Below are positions 60,422 to 64,000 of a DNA stretch of 64,000 bases, one piece after another. The translations under genes and the position numbers were made by a program. Where the stretch lies: assembly GCA_963798485.1 (NCBI GenBank), contig CAWCTR010000004.1:192001-256000 (forward strand), written 5' to 3'. The DNA is from an uncultured delta proteobacterium (lineage in GTDB: Bacteria > Desulfobacterota > Desulfomonilia > UBA1062). The first letter of the stretch is position 1, and every line of letters starts with the position of its first letter. The notes under the pieces are model-generated. The model had not been told where the DNA came from, did no database searches, and saw nothing but the letters and a program-made list of their open reading frames with translations.

Positions 60422-61267
60422 TTAATCGTTCTTATTCGCCGAGCCAAGGGGAAAGCTGATGATCTTATTCCCATTGATCAGATCTTCTGGTTTACGTGAA
60501 TATCCAAAGTTATCTGTTTCATGCTCATGGATAATATTGGCCCTGTGTAGAAGTTCATGGTCTGCGATAACCTCAGGGGGTATACCGTCGGCGATGACAC
60601 CATGGTCTTCACCCAGCACGATGACCCGTGAGGAGATCTGCTTCACCAGGGAGATGTCGTGTGTTGTGGTGATAATGGTCTTTCCCGCCTTTCTGAGTTC
60701 GCTGATGAGCCTTATCAGCCAGTGGCGCGTTCTCATGTCAAGGGAACTGGTGGGTTCATCCAGGAGAAGGACCTGTGGGTTCAGCGATAATACCGATGCA
60801 ATGGCCACCCGCTTTTTTTCGCCTCCTGAGAGTTGGTTGGGGGTGCGGTCCTTGAGAGAAGAGATGTCGAGCATATCGAGAACATCATCAACCCGTTTCA
60901 TTACCTCTCCTTCTGGCAGGCCGAGTTGAAGGGGACCGAATGCGATCTCGTCATAGACCTTGGGACAGAAGAGCTGGATATCTGGGTTCTGGAAGACAAA
61001 TCCTACTCTGCTCCGGAAGAAATGACGGAACATATCCGTTTCAAGCTTATCTTCTGTCAGGACCTCGCCGAATGCCGTGATGGTCCCTGAGCTCGGAAAG
61101 ATAAGACCGTCCAGCATATGCAGGAGTGTGGATTTTCCCGATCCGTTGGCCCCGAGTATTGCCAGGGACTCTCCAGGGGATATCGAAAGGCTGATCGATT
61201 CGATGGCCGGGATGGCGGCATGATAGCGGTAGCTCACTGCTGAGAGATCAAAGATGGGCTCTTTCAT
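60422..61267 (-). CDS. cbiO: ECF Ni/Co ATPase, copy 2
   Basis: Close paralogue of 10420-11265; start at MKEPIF. Confidence 0.92.
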   Translation of the reverse strand: MKEPIFDLSAVSYRYHAAIPAIESISLSISPGESLAILGANGSGKSTLLHMLDGLIFPSSGTITAFGEVLTEDKLETDMFRHFFRSRVGFVFQNPDIQLFCPKVYDEIAFGPLQLGLPEGEVMKRVDDVLDMLDISSLKDRTPNQLSGGEKKRVAIASVLSLNPQVLLLDEPTSSLDMRTRHWLIRLISELRKAGKTIITTTHDISLVKQISSRVIVLGEDHGVIADGIPPEVIADHELLHRANIIHEHETDNFGYSRKPEDLINGNKIISFPLGSANKND

Positions 61268-61277
61268 GCTTATACCT

Positions 61278-62216
61278 TTACCATGGAGCAATAGCATGGT
61301 CGAGGATAAGCGAAAAGGCGCATGTGAACATGACAAATATGCACCACGCATAATCGTAGCCCCGTATCCTGGATGGGGCAAGAGTTCTGACATCCCCGGA
61401 GAATCCTCGCGATAGCATGGCGTTGTGCACATCCTGGCTCATCATATAGGTTCTTTTCAGAAGATAGCCCATGCGTGAGGCAACCCAGCGCTGCTCGCTC
61501 CCGGTAGGGCCGTAACGCAGTGTCCTGCTCTTCCGGGCTACATGGATATCATAGACCGTATGCACCAGGAGGGTAATATACCGGTATGTCATGCCGAGGA
61601 TGAGGATGAATATCCTCGGGACCTTTAAGACCCTGAGGGCCTGTAACAGATCACTCCACAGGGTTGTAAGTGTCAGCAGCACAGCCAAAGAGACCGAGGC
61701 CGTGACCCGGCCGATGAATGTGATGGCAGTGAGCATACCCTGGTGGGTGACCGCAATGGTATCGGGGATGTGGTAAGGTCCGATATCGTAGCTCCGTGCA
61801 AGATGGAACACGGTCCAGATAGGTTCTCCCAAAGTAACCACATTAAACAGTGCCGGAATGACGATGACTGCCGAGAACAATGGAATAAACAGCCAGACCC
61901 GCTTAATGAAGAACAGGAGAGAGACAGATGAAGCGACTGCCAGCAGAAGTGTAAAACCATAGACCCCCCAGATAGTGAAAGGAGACCTCATGATACTCAC
62001 GCTGACAATGATGGCGAGGAGGGTTATGAGCTTTACTCGTGGGTCTATAGTCTGCAGGAGACCGCTACGTCTGGCAACAGACTCGGACACCATGGTATCC
62101 CTGAGAAAGTGTGCGGCATTGCCTATGGTCTTTTCTACAAAACCGGCACTGCCCCGATGGGACGGGACAGGCAGCGGTACTGAAGATGAGTCTTGTGTAA
62201 GCCAATCAGGGATCAT
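61278..62216 (-). CDS. cbiQ: ECF Ni/Co T component, copy 2
   Basis: Same length (312 aa) and motifs as copy 1. Confidence 0.92.
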   Translation of the reverse strand: MIPDWLTQDSSSVPLPVPSHRGSAGFVEKTIGNAAHFLRDTMVSESVARRSGLLQTIDPRVKLITLLAIIVSVSIMRSPFTIWGVYGFTLLLAVASSVSLLFFIKRVWLFIPLFSAVIVIPALFNVVTLGEPIWTVFHLARSYDIGPYHIPDTIAVTHQGMLTAITFIGRVTASVSLAVLLTLTTLWSDLLQALRVLKVPRIFILILGMTYRYITLLVHTVYDIHVARKSRTLRYGPTGSEQRWVASRMGYLLKRTYMMSQDVHNAMLSRGFSGDVRTLAPSRIRGYDYAWCIFVMFTCAFSLILDHAIAPW

Positions 62217-62561
62217 CTATTCCTTCTGATGCACGATTTTTCCAAAGAGCAGGGCAATCCCTGCGATAATGCCCATGCCCACAACTGCTGAAATTACGTA
62301 ACCCAGGCTCTGCATTCTGAGCCCCTTTTCTTCCCAGCCCTTGAAGGAGTAATCCGGCATGGGGGCCTGCCAGAGATCGGCAAGATTTTTCATACCCTGG
62401 GGGACATATCCGACCATCTTTCCGATCTCGTCAGGACCCCATTCTCCCCAGGCGGAACCGGCCTTGAACATATCGGGAAGGATGACACCCACAGGAGACA
62501 GAAGGGCGAGAACCACAAGCCCGAGCAACATCTTTTTCATGGTGGAATTACCGTTACTCAT
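62217..62561 (-). CDS. NikN-like subunit, copy 2
   Basis: AWGEW, APMPDY; 114 aa as in copy 1. Confidence 0.85.
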   Translation of the reverse strand: MSNGNSTMKKMLLGLVVLALLSPVGVILPDMFKAGSAWGEWGPDEIGKMVGYVPQGMKNLADLWQAPMPDYSFKGWEEKGLRMQSLGYVISAVVGMGIIAGIALLFGKIVHQKE

Positions 62562-63244
62562 CTGGCACCTCCGTAGATGGTGAGGAGTTCCTTATCCGAT
62601 TTCTGGAGATAGATGATGATCAATGCGGTGACCAGGGCCTCGACAATGCCGAAGAGCATGAGATGTTCAATGGCCATGGCGGGAACGGCTACAGAAAGCG
62701 GGTATGGTGAATACAGCGGATGGCCGTCAGGGGCTGTAGCTATGAGTGGTTGTATGCCGAACTCGATACCTGCAATAACAGCAGCCACGTTAATCCCTAC
62801 GTACCCTCCTATGGCACCCGCCACCCAGCGACGGGGCGAGGTTATTTCGGAGCTGCCGGAAATGAGCTTATAGGTGTAGTAGCCTACAAAGGGTATGACA
62901 ACCCCCATATTGAAGCAATTAGCTCCTATGGCGGTTATCCCCCCGTCTCCGAACAGGAGTGCCTGGACGATCAGTGCGATGGACACGGCAATGCTCGCTG
63001 CCCAGGGACCGAGGATGATGGCGACGATGACAGCCCCAACTGCATGACCGGTGGTTCCGCCCGGGATGGGGACGTTGAACATCATGATCACAAAAGAGAA
63101 CGCCGCGCCCAAAGCGAGGAGGGGTACATGCCGGGATCGGAGAACTTTACTGACCTTCCGGGCGGCAAAGCCCAGGTAAGGGATCATAACGGCATAAAAA
63201 GGCACATAGGTTTGTGGGGACAAGTATCCATCCGGGATGTGCAT
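62558..63244 (-). CDS. cbiM: ECF Ni/Co S component, copy 2
   Basis: MHIPDGYL; 228 aa as in copy 1. Confidence 0.95.
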   Translation of the reverse strand: MHIPDGYLSPQTYVPFYAVMIPYLGFAARKVSKVLRSRHVPLLALGAAFSFVIMMFNVPIPGGTTGHAVGAVIVAIILGPWAASIAVSIALIVQALLFGDGGITAIGANCFNMGVVIPFVGYYTYKLISGSSEITSPRRWVAGAIGGYVGINVAAVIAGIEFGIQPLIATAPDGHPLYSPYPLSVAVPAMAIEHLMLFGIVEALVTALIIIYLQKSDKELLTIYGGAR

Positions 63245-63315
63245 AATAATCTATCTCCTCTCTTGTAATTATTTGCATCCAATAACGCAGCGAGCCAGAG
63301 ACACTGATGAGATAG

Positions 63316-63342
63316 ATAACACAATAATCTAAATGGTGCCAT
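63316..63342. promoter_or_regulatory. Putative NikR operator upstream of cbiM copy 2
   Basis: ATAACAC-N13-GTGCCAT; extra GTGCTAC half-site at 63366. Confidence 0.55.
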
Positions 63343-63422
63343 TATAAATGATGATTGTACGGATTGTGCTACGCAGTAAGGATTGTGATATTTAAGAGCC
63401 TTGTGTGGACTTCAATGATATT

Positions 63423-63839
63423 CTATTCGATTGCCTTGCCGGTGCTGGTCATGCTCAGTGCACCATGGCGCACACCCTTGACTGACTTTAGGGCATTGGC
63501 AAGCTCTTGGACCTCGCTGGCCGTGCCCTTCACGGCCACGATCTCAAGGCAGTTGTGATGGTCAAGGTGGATGTGCTGGGTGGAGATGATGGTGTCCTGA
63601 TGGTCGTGCTGAAGGTCCGTAAGTTTGCTCGAAAGGCCTCGCATATGATGGTCATAAATGAAGGTGATAGTTCCTGCAACCTCCTGGTCCTCTTCCCATT
63701 CCTTTTTGACCAGTTCCTGGCGGATAAGGTCCCGCAAGGCCTCGGAACGAGTCGAATAACCCCTATTGCTGATAAGCCTATCGAACTTTTTGAGCAAATT
63801 GTCTTCAATTGATACACCGAATCTCACAAGCTCTGCCAT
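63423..63839 (-). CDS. nikR: NikR, copy 2
   Basis: 138 aa, near-identical to 14648-15064. Confidence 0.96.
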   Translation of the reverse strand: MAELVRFGVSIEDNLLKKFDRLISNRGYSTRSEALRDLIRQELVKKEWEEDQEVAGTITFIYDHHMRGLSSKLTDLQHDHQDTIISTQHIHLDHHNCLEIVAVKGTASEVQELANALKSVKGVRHGALSMTSTGKAIE

Positions 63840-64000
63840 AACCCACCAGATGTTACTTTTTCAGAGCATCGTGCCACAGATAGCAAGGGTTTGTCAATTC
63901 TTTGATTCATACCCATAATCTTTATGTAGTTCGCCCTCAATAGTTCATTTCTTTGTCAGAAGATAGTATCACATATATTATTTATATAAATGTAACTTGC

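Noticed and set aside
60422-61432. 336-aa extended CbiO copy 2
   Set aside because: The extension overlaps cbiQ; alignment with copy 1 puts the start at 61267
63864-63877. sigma54-like TGGCACG upstream of nikR (also near 15095)
   Set aside because: No -12 TTGC and no partner arm; more simply a NikR-like half-site GTGCCAC

Overview
Bacterial chromosomal window. Gene content (selenocysteine peroxiredoxin, periplasmic [FeFe]-hydrogenase, NikR, multi-PAS kinase) suggests an anaerobic Desulfobacterota/deltaproteobacterium (inference). 1-4147: probable end of an island at tRNA-Glu carrying katG, a Sec-peroxiredoxin (in-frame UGA plus SECIS), HU and brnTA. 4148-17100: tRNA-Glu, tRNA-Gln, a eukaryote-type PFK-2/FBPase-2, a frameshifted REC-TPR regulator, an omptin, a PAS kinase, a NikR-controlled ECF Ni/Co operon with a divergent porin, and an MCP. 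From 17120: an integrative mobilizable element with a tRNA-Cys att site, tyrosine integrase, excisionase, vapBC, DUF2958, ArdC, HU, MOBQ oriT and TraA relaxase-helicase, but no T4SS. A mosaic cargo follows: metal homeostasis, IS4/IS5/ISL3, higBA, peptidoglycan-remodelling enzymes, an unannotated 59-aa His-rich protein, hydABC and a second nik operon with nikR. The most novel signal is three related hairpins before xis, DUF2958 and ardC. Each looks like a split sigma54 (-24/-12) promoter that is complete only when the DNA is single-stranded and folded. All calls are by-eye motif recognition; no database searches were run.
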